Source: Escherichia phage AV124
Reading direction: 5' to 3' (one strand)
Sequence record: OR352954
DNA: 64,000 nucleotides
A program made the position numbers and the translations under genes. Shown here piece after piece: positions 8,522 to 18,344 of the stretch. The notes beneath the pieces are model-generated. The model was given only the letters and a program-made list of their open reading frames with translations, ran no database searches and was not told where the DNA came from. Positions within the stretch are counted from its first letter, which is position 1; every line of letters starts with the position of its first letter.

Positions 8522-9031
8522 ATGATGCGAGTAACTGATAAATACGTATTCTTCTTCACATACCGGGATATGTTCAGTAATCACTACCGCCAAGTTATTC
8601 CTATTCGTTGTGGTGGTTACGAGTTTTTTACTGTAGAACATTACATGATGTTCCAGAAGGCAATGCTCTTCGATGACAAAGAAATTGCTTCCCGCATCGC
8701 TACGGTTGATAACCCGAATGAGGCCAAAGCTCTTGGTCGTCAGGTAAAAGGTTTCGACAACAGCGTCTGGGAAGAGAATAGAATGGATATTGTGACTTCA
8801 GGCCTTGTATTGAAAATGAAGGCCAACAGGTCTGTTCTGGAAGCGGCGCTTGGGCATCGGGATGCTGGTCGTAAGTTTGTGGAAGCCTCCCCTTATGATG
8901 CCATCTGGGGTGTTAAATTAAACGAATATGACACACGTATCGATGACCCAACCAACTGGCGGGGTTTGAATCTTCTCGGTGAGTGCTGGGAACGAGCTAT
9001 TGATATTGTTGTTGCTGCAACGTGGAGGTGA
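8522..9031 (+). CDS. NADAR / YbiA-family protein (predicted ADP-ribose N-glycosidase fold)
   Basis: FSNH, TVEHYMMFQKAMLF, PNEAKALGR, DAIWG motifs colinear with YbiA family. Confidence 0.6.
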   Translation: MMRVTDKYVFFFTYRDMFSNHYRQVIPIRCGGYEFFTVEHYMMFQKAMLFDDKEIASRIATVDNPNEAKALGRQVKGFDNSVWEENRMDIVTSGLVLKMKANRSVLEAALGHRDAGRKFVEASPYDAIWGVKLNEYDTRIDDPTNWRGLNLLGECWERAIDIVVAATWR

Positions 9032-9470
9032 TTTGAAATTAGAGATTGAACTAGTTCCAAAGACCGCGTGGTTTACTAATCTCCGATCTCGTCTCCCCAA
9101 AGCCCAGTGGGATGTTGTCAGAAAGAAGTGTTATGAGAAGGCCAATTATCGATGTGAAATCTGCGGGGGTAAAGGAACAAAACACCCTGTTGAATGCCAT
9201 GAGAAGTGGAATTTCGGAGACGGTAAGATAACTCTGATAGGTCTAATCGCGCTATGTCCTTCCTGTCATGAAGTCAAGCATATTGGTTTGGCAGGGATCC
9301 GTGGGCGGGGTGAAATTGCCCTTCGTCACTTTATGAGAGTGAATGAAGTGAGTCGCCATGTGGCAGAGAAATATGTTAAGGAAGGGTTTGATTTGTATCA
9401 TGAACGAAGCAAGCGCGAAAAGTGGGAATTGGATGTCCGGTATTTGGACGAGTATTTGAGTAAAGATTGA
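8979..9470 (+). CDS. HNH endonuclease
   Basis: CEICGG ... HPVECHEKWNF ... CPSCHEVKH zinc-finger HNH motif; start uncertain. Confidence 0.6.
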   Translation: MSAGNELLILLLLQRGGDLKLEIELVPKTAWFTNLRSRLPKAQWDVVRKKCYEKANYRCEICGGKGTKHPVECHEKWNFGDGKITLIGLIALCPSCHEVKHIGLAGIRGRGEIALRHFMRVNEVSRHVAEKYVKEGFDLYHERSKREKWELDVRYLDEYLSKD

Positions 9471-10012
9471 GAGGGCTAGTGGGTGATCGTGAGATTGAAG
9501 ATTTAAGGAGATGCCTTACATACGACCAATCAACCGGAATGTTAAGATGGAACAGTCGTCCAAGAGAGGATTTCAAATTCGATTGGACGTTCGAAAATTG
9601 GAATTCGAAGTGGGCTGGTAAGGAAGTAGATAGCATCGGAAATACAGGTTATTATCGCTTCTCTCTTAACTACAAGAGATATCTTGCACACAGAGCTATT
9701 ATAGCCATGACATACGGTTATTGGCCTTCTGTAGTAGATCACCTAGATGGTGACAAGTTGAACAATAGACTTAGTAATCTAAGGGCAACCACCCAGGCTG
9801 TCAACATGATGAATAAGTCAGGCTACAAAAACAATACCTCTGGTGTTACAGGAGTACACAAGAGAAAGGATAATGGTAAATATTCTGCATCGGTAGTCTT
9901 AAATGGCAAGAGAAAACATCTTGGCACTTTTGACACTATTGAAGAAGCCATTCGTGTTAGAGAAGAAGAACTTTCCAAGAGGGGGTTCTCCTCCTCTCAT
10001 GGAAGTTTCTGA
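9467..10012 (+). CDS. HNH homing endonuclease with AP2 domain
   Basis: HR...VDHLDGDKLNNRLSNLR HNH_3 motif then AP2-like GVTGVHKRKDNGKYSASV...LGTFDTIEEA. Confidence 0.65.
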   Translation: MRGLVGDREIEDLRRCLTYDQSTGMLRWNSRPREDFKFDWTFENWNSKWAGKEVDSIGNTGYYRFSLNYKRYLAHRAIIAMTYGYWPSVVDHLDGDKLNNRLSNLRATTQAVNMMNKSGYKNNTSGVTGVHKRKDNGKYSASVVLNGKRKHLGTFDTIEEAIRVREEELSKRGFSSSHGSF

Positions 10013-10026
10013 AAATAGGGGGAATA

Positions 10027-11148
10027 TTGGGTTATCCATACGATGAAAATTGGAAGAGTAAAGTCACGAAAGACTGCGTATTAGCTTTGGATCTCGACCA
10101 GACATGCTTTGTATCAGCCGCTGGTGCTGAAAAGAGGACGATAAAAGCAACACATATCAAAACAGGCAGGACTAAAATCTTCCGCAACAGAACAGAATTC
10201 TGGGGTTCCACCAAAAGGGTGGTGGGTGGGTGGTTGAAAGACCAGAACGCCAATATGGAGGTGAAGGCAAAAGCTGAAGGCAGGGAGTTTACTCCTTGGG
10301 GTCGTGATGATTTCCTCATCGAGGACATTCAAACCCCTGAGCCTGTGGAGAACTGCCTTCATATCCTGAAGACAAAGATCAATGCTATCTTTGAACACCT
10401 TGAGATGGAAAGCAATACAGGGATGGGTGTACTTGGTGGTGAGGGTAACTTCCGCCTTATGCTCCCAGCTCCAGAACGTTATAAGGGTAACCGTGAGGAT
10501 ACATTACGCCCACTCCTTCTTCAGGAAACAAGGGATTATGTTACCCGGAAGTATAACGCTAAGGTGATTAATGGTGTTGAGGCAGATGACTATCTGTCTG
10601 TTCTTGCCTATATGGGGTGGGAGAATTACCAGAAGACCGGGAAGTTCAACTACATCGTGGCATCGTTTGATAAAGACCAGAAAGGAAACCCTGGGCTTAT
10701 CTTCGACACCATGCGCGATTCAGAAGAGAAGACATGGAAGCACCCGATTCCTATGTTGATCGATGATTCGATGGGAGAAATCTGGATGGAAGGTAACAAG
10801 GTCAAGGGATGGGGACGTAAGTTCTTCGGTTACCAGATGCTTTGCGGGGACAGCTCAGATAACATCAAGCCATACCAGTGTTTTGATATTGCTGGACGTT
10901 TCGGTGATACGGCGGCATTCAACCTGATCGGACACCTTCAGGATGAGAAATCCATGTGGCAAGCGATCATTAACCAGTATAAAACCTGGTTCCCGAACGG
11001 TGTTGAGTTTACTTCGTGGGACGGCACACAACGGAAAATGAGTGCAGGCCAGTGGGCATCTATCATCTTCCAGATGGTCTACATGAAACGTTCTGCAAAT
11101 GATAAGACAACCCTTTCAACAGAGCTGCGTCGTGTGGGGGTTATATGA
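10027..11148 (+). CDS. FEN-type 5'-3' exonuclease / flap endonuclease
   Basis: VLALDLDQ, GVEADDYLSVLA, CGDSSDNIKPY motifs of 5' nuclease family. Confidence 0.55.
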   Translation: MGYPYDENWKSKVTKDCVLALDLDQTCFVSAAGAEKRTIKATHIKTGRTKIFRNRTEFWGSTKRVVGGWLKDQNANMEVKAKAEGREFTPWGRDDFLIEDIQTPEPVENCLHILKTKINAIFEHLEMESNTGMGVLGGEGNFRLMLPAPERYKGNREDTLRPLLLQETRDYVTRKYNAKVINGVEADDYLSVLAYMGWENYQKTGKFNYIVASFDKDQKGNPGLIFDTMRDSEEKTWKHPIPMLIDDSMGEIWMEGNKVKGWGRKFFGYQMLCGDSSDNIKPYQCFDIAGRFGDTAAFNLIGHLQDEKSMWQAIINQYKTWFPNGVEFTSWDGTQRKMSAGQWASIIFQMVYMKRSANDKTTLSTELRRVGVI

Positions 11149-11164
11149 TAACCGGAGGAGGGAT

Positions 11165-11488
11165 ATGATGATCGATAACTTAATCATGCAGGCAGTTATG
11201 AGGGATGCTGAGGCGCTGGCTGTTCCCAGCGTCAAGGGTAAATTCTTAGTCGCCACAGGATTGTGGCGCATGGTTGAGTCTGGTGATGATTGCTATGTGA
11301 TTTTCACGGATGACTATACGGATCCGAATGTTGCATTCACCGTGTTGCTTCTGGATGATTGCGAGCTGGTAGAAGGTGAGAAGCTGTTGATGTTAACAAG
11401 CGTTTTGCTAGACACTCAAGAATTCTCCCTGGTTGTGTTCAAGGACCAAAATGACTCGGAGGCAACCGATGAAGCTGATGTCGGTTGA
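11165..11488 (+). CDS. hypothetical protein
   Basis: GGAGGAG RBS before ATG 11165. Confidence 0.4.
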   Translation: MMIDNLIMQAVMRDAEALAVPSVKGKFLVATGLWRMVESGDDCYVIFTDDYTDPNVAFTVLLLDDCELVEGEKLLMLTSVLLDTQEFSLVVFKDQNDSEATDEADVG

Positions 11489-12083
11489 TCAGAGTCTTAG
11501 CCACTGTGCTGTTGTCATATTCGATGATGGGGTGCCTGTTTACCGGGAAATGATCAGAACAGGCTCAAACAATAGCAAGAGCAAGAAAAACAAGGATGTT
11601 ATTTATTTTGACAATGTTCATGAACAGATTAGATTCATTGTTGGAAGAATCCTTACTCTGGCTGAAGAACATCGGATTGACAAATATGTTATGGAGGCCC
11701 TTAGCCTTAGTTCTATAGGCAGCGCCACTCGGGATTTGGCTGGTCTGTTCTACTGTATTGTGTACGGGTTGTATCAGTCAGCAATTTTGGGGTATCAAGC
11801 GATTCATACTGTAGCCCCTACCTCTGTGAAGGCTTATGCCAGAGCACTTTTGCCTGAATCAGAACGCACAGTTGTTAAAGAAAAGGTTGACAAAAAGACC
11901 GGGAAAAAGGTATACTCCACAGGTCAGGTTAAAATGGAAAAATCGCACATGGTGAGAGCCGTAGATTGTGATTTCCCAGGTTGGCTTGACGGAATGACTC
12001 TTGCCGCCGGAAAGGCTGACTACGCAGATGCATATTTGATAGGGAAGAAGTTCTTGGAGGATATATCCGTAGGAAAAGAATAA
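11469..12083 (+). CDS. hypothetical protein
   Basis: ORF with GGAGG RBS; function not recognisable. Confidence 0.4.
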   Translation: MKLMSVDQSLSHCAVVIFDDGVPVYREMIRTGSNNSKSKKNKDVIYFDNVHEQIRFIVGRILTLAEEHRIDKYVMEALSLSSIGSATRDLAGLFYCIVYGLYQSAILGYQAIHTVAPTSVKAYARALLPESERTVVKEKVDKKTGKKVYSTGQVKMEKSHMVRAVDCDFPGWLDGMTLAAGKADYADAYLIGKKFLEDISVGKE

Positions 12084-12127
12084 AGAGTCGAGCATCCAAA
12101 CCAAAAGCAAGGAAGAAGCCAGTAGTT

Positions 12128-12622
12128 GTGCCATTAACACCGGAACTTTGGGTGAAAGATGCAAAGCAGATTGCTGCTTTCAGAAACAAATTGATTCTGG
12201 AGCAGCAAGGGTTAGATCCTATACTTGGCGAGCCACTTCGCAAGCCGTGCTTGGATCATGACCATTTCGAAGGTAAATGCAGAGGTGTCCTTAGTCAGTG
12301 CGTGAATACTTTTGAGGGATATGTCCTGAAGGCTTGGATGAAGTACGTTTCAGAGAATACTCAGACGTCGTTATCCACCGCTCTTAGAAATTTGGCAGAT
12401 TACTTAGAGCAAGACTTCAGTGGCTATCCGCTTCACGGCGGGTTTAAGAACGATATGTTGAAGTTTTTGAGAAGATGCACCAACGAGAAGATAATTGAAA
12501 GAGCTAAGGCTGACCTTGGCATAATTATCCCCGAAGGTACTCAGAAACAAGACAGCCTCTTGCTATACCTTACAGAGTTCGTCAAGCAGACGGAGGAAAA
12601 ACATGCCAAAGAAACCACTTAA
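12128..12622 (+). CDS. endonuclease VII-like (His-Me finger) junction-resolving nuclease
   Basis: CLDHDHFEGKCRGVLSQCVNTFEG matches T4 gp49 LDHDH...RGLLCNLCN...EG. Confidence 0.5.
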   Translation: MPLTPELWVKDAKQIAAFRNKLILEQQGLDPILGEPLRKPCLDHDHFEGKCRGVLSQCVNTFEGYVLKAWMKYVSENTQTSLSTALRNLADYLEQDFSGYPLHGGFKNDMLKFLRRCTNEKIIERAKADLGIIIPEGTQKQDSLLLYLTEFVKQTEEKHAKETT

Positions 12623-12806
12623 ATTCTTTTACAGAAATTGGCGAGGTAAGTGCGGATATCGTACTGTAGAAGAACCCGTCATGTGGTATGGGTCTACCCA
12701 GTATCACAAGAACTCTCAATGGTTTATTAGAGGTTATGATCTCGATAAACAAGACTTTAGAGATTTCGCTGTGAATGATATCATTGAATTCGTCCGAGAG
12801 GTGTAA
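12603..12806 (+). CDS. hypothetical protein
   Basis: ORF overlapping neighbours by short start/stop overlaps. Confidence 0.4.
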   Translation: MPKKPLKFFYRNWRGKCGYRTVEEPVMWYGSTQYHKNSQWFIRGYDLDKQDFRDFAVNDIIEFVREV

Positions 12807-13747
12807 TGCTACCTGTAGATAAAAAGATTATAGAACTTCATGAAAGCGGAATGAGTAACCGTGAAATTGCTCGCACATTCCTTGGAAAAGAGTCGAGAGA
12901 GTCATACATCCGTTTGGTTCTTAAGCGTCATAGCGCAGAGTCTACGCCTTTGACAAAGTCCTTAGTATCGGACTATAAGAAAGCTAAAATCCTGTTCTTA
13001 GACATCGAGACCGCACCGCTGAAGGGGCATCTCTGGAGTCTTTGGCAGAATGGAATTGGGCTGAACCAAATGGTTTCTGACTGGTACATGCTATCTTTCG
13101 TAGCCAAATGGGCTGACCAGGACGAGGTCATTTATCGCGATATCCGTGATAACTACGATAAGGAAAGTGATGCATCTATCCTTCAAGACCTGTGGGATTT
13201 GCTTGATGAAGCGGATTTTGTTGTTGGGCATAATGTCCGTAAGTTCGACATTAAGAAGATCAATGCTCGTTTCCTATTGAATGGAATGGATAAGCCATCA
13301 ACCTTCCGTATTATCGATACCATGCTTATCGCCAAAGCCCTGTTTGGATTCACCTCCAACAAGCTGGAATATCTGACCGATCGCCTGTGTACGAAATACA
13401 AGAAGTCTAAGCACACTAAGTTCCCAGGACACCTGCTGTGGGATGAGTGCTTGAAAGGTAACCCCGAGGCTTGGGATGAAATGGAAGAGTATAACAAGTT
13501 CGACGTTTTATCGAACCAAGAGTTGTACGAAATCTTCATGCCGTGGGATTCTCGCCTGCCTAACTTCGATCTTTATGTTGATGGTGTTCTTGATATGAGC
13601 GAGTGGATAGAGGATGGTTTCCATTACACCAATCTTGGCAAGTACCAACGTTACCGTCACAAGGTCACCGGGCAACAGCGCCGTGGGAGAACAAACCTCC
13701 TCTCGAAAGAGAAACGAGCGCAACTGCTGTCTAATATTTTGGTTTAA
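12806..13747 (+). CDS. DEDD-family 3'-5' exonuclease with N-terminal HTH
   Basis: Exo I FLDIET, Exo II GHNVRKFD, Exo III YNKFD; N-terminal SNREIAR HTH. Confidence 0.6.
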   Translation: MLPVDKKIIELHESGMSNREIARTFLGKESRESYIRLVLKRHSAESTPLTKSLVSDYKKAKILFLDIETAPLKGHLWSLWQNGIGLNQMVSDWYMLSFVAKWADQDEVIYRDIRDNYDKESDASILQDLWDLLDEADFVVGHNVRKFDIKKINARFLLNGMDKPSTFRIIDTMLIAKALFGFTSNKLEYLTDRLCTKYKKSKHTKFPGHLLWDECLKGNPEAWDEMEEYNKFDVLSNQELYEIFMPWDSRLPNFDLYVDGVLDMSEWIEDGFHYTNLGKYQRYRHKVTGQQRRGRTNLLSKEKRAQLLSNILV

Positions 13748-13752
13748 CTTCA

Positions 13753-13770
13753 AGGGCTTCGGCCCTTTTA
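13753..13770 (+). terminator. rho-independent terminator (GGGC-UUCG-GCCC + U tract)
   Basis: Hairpin gggcttcggccc followed by tttta. Confidence 0.5.
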
Positions 13771-13867
13771 AGGAGAGATTTTGGATATTAAGATTCCTGA
13801 ATTTGCAGATGATGATTGGTTGAGGGAGCAGTTTAATGCATTACAACAATATTCGGGGTACTGATGG

Positions 13868-14380
13868 GTGAAGATCTCTGAAAAAGACCTTTCCCTTCTG
13901 AAGAGGATATTCGAATATAACCCTGAAAATGGCACACTTGTATATAAGTGGTTACCGCGTAAAAAGGCGCTAATTGGCAAGACACTCTCTCCGAGTGTCT
14001 CAGCTTTTGGGTACAGACATGTTGTTATTGATGGTAGATGTTTTTACCACCATGTGATATGTTTTTGTATAGGGAATAATTGTACTCTTGCATCTTCTGA
14101 TGAGGTTGACCATAAAGACCTCTGCAAAGTAAATGATAAGCTTTGTAACTTACGTCTTGCAACTAAGTCTCAGAATATGAAAAACAGGCGTTGTTTTTCC
14201 AACAACAAAACTGGTCATAAGTGCATACAACTCTGCAAAAATGGCAAATACCGGGTTGTTGTTAGTTCAGATAAGAAAAAGACCCATGTTGGTTATTTTG
14301 ATGACCTTGAGAGCGCAATTTTAAGTAGAAACATAGCGTTGGGTGAACTTCACAAAGATTTTATTTTCGAGGAGGATTGA
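13868..14380 (+). CDS. HNH homing endonuclease with AP2 domain (GTG start)
   Basis: HNH_3-like DHKD...N..NLR and AP2-like GKYRVVV...HVGYFDDLESA. Confidence 0.6.
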   Translation: MKISEKDLSLLKRIFEYNPENGTLVYKWLPRKKALIGKTLSPSVSAFGYRHVVIDGRCFYHHVICFCIGNNCTLASSDEVDHKDLCKVNDKLCNLRLATKSQNMKNRRCFSNNKTGHKCIQLCKNGKYRVVVSSDKKKTHVGYFDDLESAILSRNIALGELHKDFIFEED

Positions 14381-14986
14381 TTGGACATATTGGTTTTAAA
14401 CGCCCCGCCACAGAGTGGTAAAGATGAGATCTCCGCATATCTGTGCAAAGGAAACCCAAACATCAATCACGAAGAGGTGAAGGAACTCCTTTTTGAGGTG
14501 GCTGTCCGTAGTGCCGGTATCTCTCGCGAGCTATGGGACTCTCTGTACACGCGTCGCTACAAAGAGAAACCAACACCTTACCTGATGATAGACGGCTTCT
14601 TTGTTTCTCCCCGCGAATGGATGATCCATTGCTCTGAGAAGGTAATCAAGCCGTTGTTCGGAAAGTCAGCATTCGGTAAAGCTGCTGTGGAAAAACTGAA
14701 GCAGACCTATGCCAACGATGAGGTGATTGTATTCTCTGATGGTGGTTTTGCTGAAGAAATCAAAGAGTTGTCAGATTATGCATACTCGACTGGTGGTGAA
14801 TTCTTCCTTGCACGTATCCACCGAAAAGGTTATGATTGGGGGAATGACAGTCGTAACTGGCTATACCTTGACGGTATCCGAGGTCATGAACGTGACTTCG
14901 ATAACAAAGAGGGCGGTATGATCGACTGCGCAGAAGAGATCCTTGAGTGGGCAAGAACAATTAGCTATGGAGAAGACGATGCGTAA
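14381..14986 (+). CDS. P-loop protein, possibly dNMP kinase
   Basis: NAPPQSGKDE resembles phage dNMP kinase SGKD P-loop; weak. Confidence 0.35.
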   Translation: MDILVLNAPPQSGKDEISAYLCKGNPNINHEEVKELLFEVAVRSAGISRELWDSLYTRRYKEKPTPYLMIDGFFVSPREWMIHCSEKVIKPLFGKSAFGKAAVEKLKQTYANDEVIVFSDGGFAEEIKELSDYAYSTGGEFFLARIHRKGYDWGNDSRNWLYLDGIRGHERDFDNKEGGMIDCAEEILEWARTISYGEDDA

Positions 14987-15581
14987 ACCGCTGAATATCG
15001 GTATTGATGTAGACCTGACCTTTGTGGATTCTGGTACTCCTTGGCTCCATTGGCTGGAGTTAGTATACGGCGTTAAGGCAGATGCTACCTTACCCCCGCT
15101 TAATCCACAGCGTAAGGTTTACTACAATCTTTCCAAGTATTTTCCCCCGGCTAAGGTAAATCAAGTCCCGCCGTTTGAGTTTTGGGAAGACCCGTACCTG
15201 TATGACAAGCTGAAGCCTTTACCTGGAGCTGTAGAAGCAGTTGCTACTTGGGCTAAAGCAGGCCATTTTAATCAGTTTGTATCTCACTGTAAAAAGGGCC
15301 ACTTTTCGTCTAAGGTGCGATTCTTAAAACGTGAGACAGAAGAGTTCTTCAGTCTTGAGCCAGGCTCAGGCCACGGATTCTATGCTACTAAAAACAAGGC
15401 TGGTATCAAGCTCGATGTCATCATTGATGACCGCAATGAGTTTCTGAACCAGTTCGGACCTGAAGTTATCAAGATTAAGTTTAAGACGCCATATGACCAG
15501 TCTGAAGATCTTAAGGTTTCTATCGATCTTGAAACTGATAATTGGGATGAGATTCGTGACTTTGTTATGGACATTTCCTAA
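14979..15581 (+). CDS. HAD-superfamily phosphatase (possible 5'-nucleotidase)
   Basis: HAD motif I IGIDVDLT near N-terminus. Confidence 0.45.
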   Translation: MRKPLNIGIDVDLTFVDSGTPWLHWLELVYGVKADATLPPLNPQRKVYYNLSKYFPPAKVNQVPPFEFWEDPYLYDKLKPLPGAVEAVATWAKAGHFNQFVSHCKKGHFSSKVRFLKRETEEFFSLEPGSGHGFYATKNKAGIKLDVIIDDRNEFLNQFGPEVIKIKFKTPYDQSEDLKVSIDLETDNWDEIRDFVMDIS

Positions 15582-15781
15582 TGAAAAGAAATAGATGTGA
15601 GGGCGGTGATTTCATCGCCCGTCAGGGTGAATGGTACGAAGTGTTTGATGAGAAAGATAATTTCATATACTCATTCAAAGCGACAAGTGACATGTGTAAG
15701 AATGTGCTTAATCGCTACTTGGTGTTCAAGGCAGATCTTGACCCAAATGTTAACTACAGAATTAAGAGGGTTGGAAAATGA
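15581..15781 (+). CDS. hypothetical protein
   Basis: ORF, ATGA overlap. Confidence 0.4.
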   Translation: MKRNRCEGGDFIARQGEWYEVFDEKDNFIYSFKATSDMCKNVLNRYLVFKADLDPNVNYRIKRVGK

Positions 15782-16095
15782 CAAAGAATGAAATGGCTGA
15801 ACACATCCGAACACAAGCAACGGATCGTGTCAATCGTGTGATCGAAGGTATGTTCCCAGGTACAGGCCTGACGGCAGACATCATGGGAATTGATGCTGAG
15901 TTTAATCAAGGTCTTTTTGATGACGTCTATTTGAACTTATTCTCTCTTCGCGAGTTGGAAGAGATCATTATTCCTCAGATAAAATACAAAGACCGCCTTG
16001 CTGAACTTGACCTGTTGGTTGAAACTGCGGTCGCTACCCGTATGGCTGAAAACCAAGACAAGATTATTGAGAAATTAGGAGCAATGAGTGAGTAA
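15778..16095 (+). CDS. hypothetical protein
   Basis: ORF, ATGA overlap. Confidence 0.45.
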   Translation: MTKNEMAEHIRTQATDRVNRVIEGMFPGTGLTADIMGIDAEFNQGLFDDVYLNLFSLRELEEIIIPQIKYKDRLAELDLLVETAVATRMAENQDKIIEKLGAMSE

Positions 16096-17119
16096 TTTGA
16101 TTTCCGTAAAAATTGTAGCTGATAGCATTTCCCCTTCTGGTGTTCGAATCACGACCTTCGAACTTGAATATCCACGAATAATCCATAGTGAGCTGATGAC
16201 TCACCGACTGTTGAGTCGGAATGCGATGAGCAGTCGTGCTATCCCGATCAATAAGATGATCGACCAAGTCCGTAGAAACCCGGCAATGCCTGTTAAGTTC
16301 GGTAAGAATCAGCCCGGAATGCAGGATGCTGGTGAGCACAATACCCCTATCACTGTTGTGAACATCCTGCCTGATGGAGAGAAGCACACAGAAACATACA
16401 CGGCTGAACAGTGGTGGCACAAAGCGGCTGTGAGTGCAAGCGTTTATGCTGATGGTTTTGCGGAGGCTGGTTATCATAAGCAGATCGCAAACCGTCTGTT
16501 GGAAGCATTCCAAAGAATGAAGACAATTGTCACCGCTACAGACTGGAATAACTTCTTCTGGTTGCGTGTTGACCCGGATGCTGACCCGACGATCTATGAG
16601 CTGGCTAAGGCAATGAAAGAGGCTAGCGATAACTCTATTCCAGACCCTCTTGAACCGGGACAGTGGCATACACCATACGTTGACCACGTTTATGGCTTTG
16701 AAGATATCGACGATAAAGAGTGTGCAGTATTTGAAGGTTATTGCGTTCTTGACGAAGAGAACAAACCTGTAATGCTGACTCTGGAAGAGGCTTTGGCTGT
16801 TTCCGCATCTTGTTGTGCTCAGGTGTCTTATCGTGTTCTAAATACGAGCAAAGAAAAGGCTCTGGATATCTACGGCAAGCTAGTCAGTGGTAATAAGGTT
16901 CATGCTTCTCCTTTTGAACATGTGTGTACCCCGATGGCTCATGCTGACCAGTTAAGTAGAACGGATTATGTTTTGTCTACTCAAGAGGTTAATCAAGAAA
17001 CCCACATGTGGGAAGAAGGAGTTACCCACGTTGACCGTAAAGGAAGATTCTGGAGTGGTAACCTTCGTGGGTGGGTGCAATTACGTCAATTAGTGCCTAA
17101 CAATTATGTTGAGGGTTGA
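16088..17119 (+). CDS. ThyX-like (flavin-dependent thymidylate synthase family) protein, divergent
   Basis: PRIIHSELMTHRLLSRNAMSSRA parallels ThyX RHR-X7-S signature but with THR; 343 aa, longer than typical ThyX. Confidence 0.45.
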   Translation: MSNLISVKIVADSISPSGVRITTFELEYPRIIHSELMTHRLLSRNAMSSRAIPINKMIDQVRRNPAMPVKFGKNQPGMQDAGEHNTPITVVNILPDGEKHTETYTAEQWWHKAAVSASVYADGFAEAGYHKQIANRLLEAFQRMKTIVTATDWNNFFWLRVDPDADPTIYELAKAMKEASDNSIPDPLEPGQWHTPYVDHVYGFEDIDDKECAVFEGYCVLDEENKPVMLTLEEALAVSASCCAQVSYRVLNTSKEKALDIYGKLVSGNKVHASPFEHVCTPMAHADQLSRTDYVLSTQEVNQETHMWEEGVTHVDRKGRFWSGNLRGWVQLRQLVPNNYVEG

Positions 17120-17531
17120 TGTATCTGGTTATGAGGGTATTTATCAGGTAGATACTGATGGTAATGTTTGGTCTCTTGAAAGGTGGGTTGAGAAAACCCG
17201 CCACGGAAAAAGAACAGCACCACAGCTTGTCCCTGCAAAGAAAAGAAAGTGTTCTGAGCATGGCACAGGTTATCTGACTGTTAGATTGGCAAATAAAGGT
17301 GTTATAAAGACTTTCAGAGTGCATAGGTTGATTGCTGAAGCTTTCCTACCTAACCCGCTTAACAAGCCCTTTGTGAATCATAAGGATGGCGATAAGAGGA
17401 ACAATAAGGACTCTAATCTTAAGTGGGTAACCGAGAAAGAGAATACCGAACATGCTATGGAAACAGGTCTGAAGCCTGAAAATCTGAGAGACCCCGTTAC
17501 TGGACGTTATGTAAGCGAACAACTGGAATAA
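17106..17531 (+). CDS. HNH homing endonuclease (NUMOD4 + HNH_3)
   Basis: GYEGIYQVDTDGNVWS, VHRLIAEAF, VNHKDGDKRNN..NL. Confidence 0.65.
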   Translation: MLRVDVSGYEGIYQVDTDGNVWSLERWVEKTRHGKRTAPQLVPAKKRKCSEHGTGYLTVRLANKGVIKTFRVHRLIAEAFLPNPLNKPFVNHKDGDKRNNKDSNLKWVTEKENTEHAMETGLKPENLRDPVTGRYVSEQLE

Positions 17532-17544
17532 ACGTAATTTCAGG

Positions 17545-17573
17545 TTGACAAAGATATCGTTAATTCGTATCTT
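17545..17573 (+). promoter_or_regulatory. sigma70-type promoter (TTGACA-N17-TATCTT)
   Basis: Hexamers followed by 5' UTR hairpin ggggcgcttttgcccc. Confidence 0.45.
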
Positions 17574-17628
17574 AGAAGCATATTAATTAGGGGCGCTTTT
17601 GCCCCTTGCTAGGCAGAATGGAGATTAC

Positions 17629-18108
17629 ATGAGTAAAGAAAAACGCAAGCCGCCCCAACATATTTCGGTCACCATTGACTTCCTGAGAACAGTCCCAGGG
17701 TTCGATGTCCAGAAAGATAATGACCTCCGCGCTGCCTTATACGCACTCGGTTTTCAGGTTACCGATAAAGATGGGAACCCGAAGCATGTAACAGTGCTTC
17801 AAAACAAAAATGTACGATGTGCCAATATGCCCTCAACGTATCGTAAGACAATGATTTTCGTTGGAGACATGCGCCCGGATTACAAGTATGCAAATATCTA
17901 TAATGGGGTAGAGATCCTTGACGTAGGTGTTTATTCAGGACGTGATATGGAATTCGTTCTTGATCTACCTTACGACATCCCCGTAACTGAAAAGGTTAAT
18001 ACTCGTAAGTACACCAAGCGCGGTGACCGACCAGAAGCATTTGAAATTACTTTCGACAGCGAAGCCGAAGCACGTCTGGGCAATATCTTTGGCCTGGAGG
18101 ATGAATGA
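17629..18108 (+). CDS. hypothetical protein
   Basis: GGAG RBS before ATG at 17629. Confidence 0.5.
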   Translation: MSKEKRKPPQHISVTIDFLRTVPGFDVQKDNDLRAALYALGFQVTDKDGNPKHVTVLQNKNVRCANMPSTYRKTMIFVGDMRPDYKYANIYNGVEILDVGVYSGRDMEFVLDLPYDIPVTEKVNTRKYTKRGDRPEAFEITFDSEAEARLGNIFGLEDE

Positions 18109-18335
18109 GTAAAGAAAAGACAAAGTGGAAAGACCGAGGCTTCGATGACAAACATCACTATGCTGGGTGGCTCTACTTTAATGATTTAACCGATGACAGT
18201 AAGATGTACGATGATGTTTACTATGATGAGTTTTCTGGTAAAATAGTTAACATCGTTGCGCCAGATCAAAACGAGAAAGACGATCAGGATGTTGACGAGG
18301 CAGATGATTTTTTGTCTCAATTTGAAGAAGAATAA
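18105..18335 (+). CDS. small acidic protein
   Basis: Asp/Glu-rich C-terminus; ATGA overlap. Confidence 0.45.
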   Translation: MSKEKTKWKDRGFDDKHHYAGWLYFNDLTDDSKMYDDVYYDEFSGKIVNIVAPDQNEKDDQDVDEADDFLSQFEEE

Positions 18336-18344
18336 GGGGAAAGT

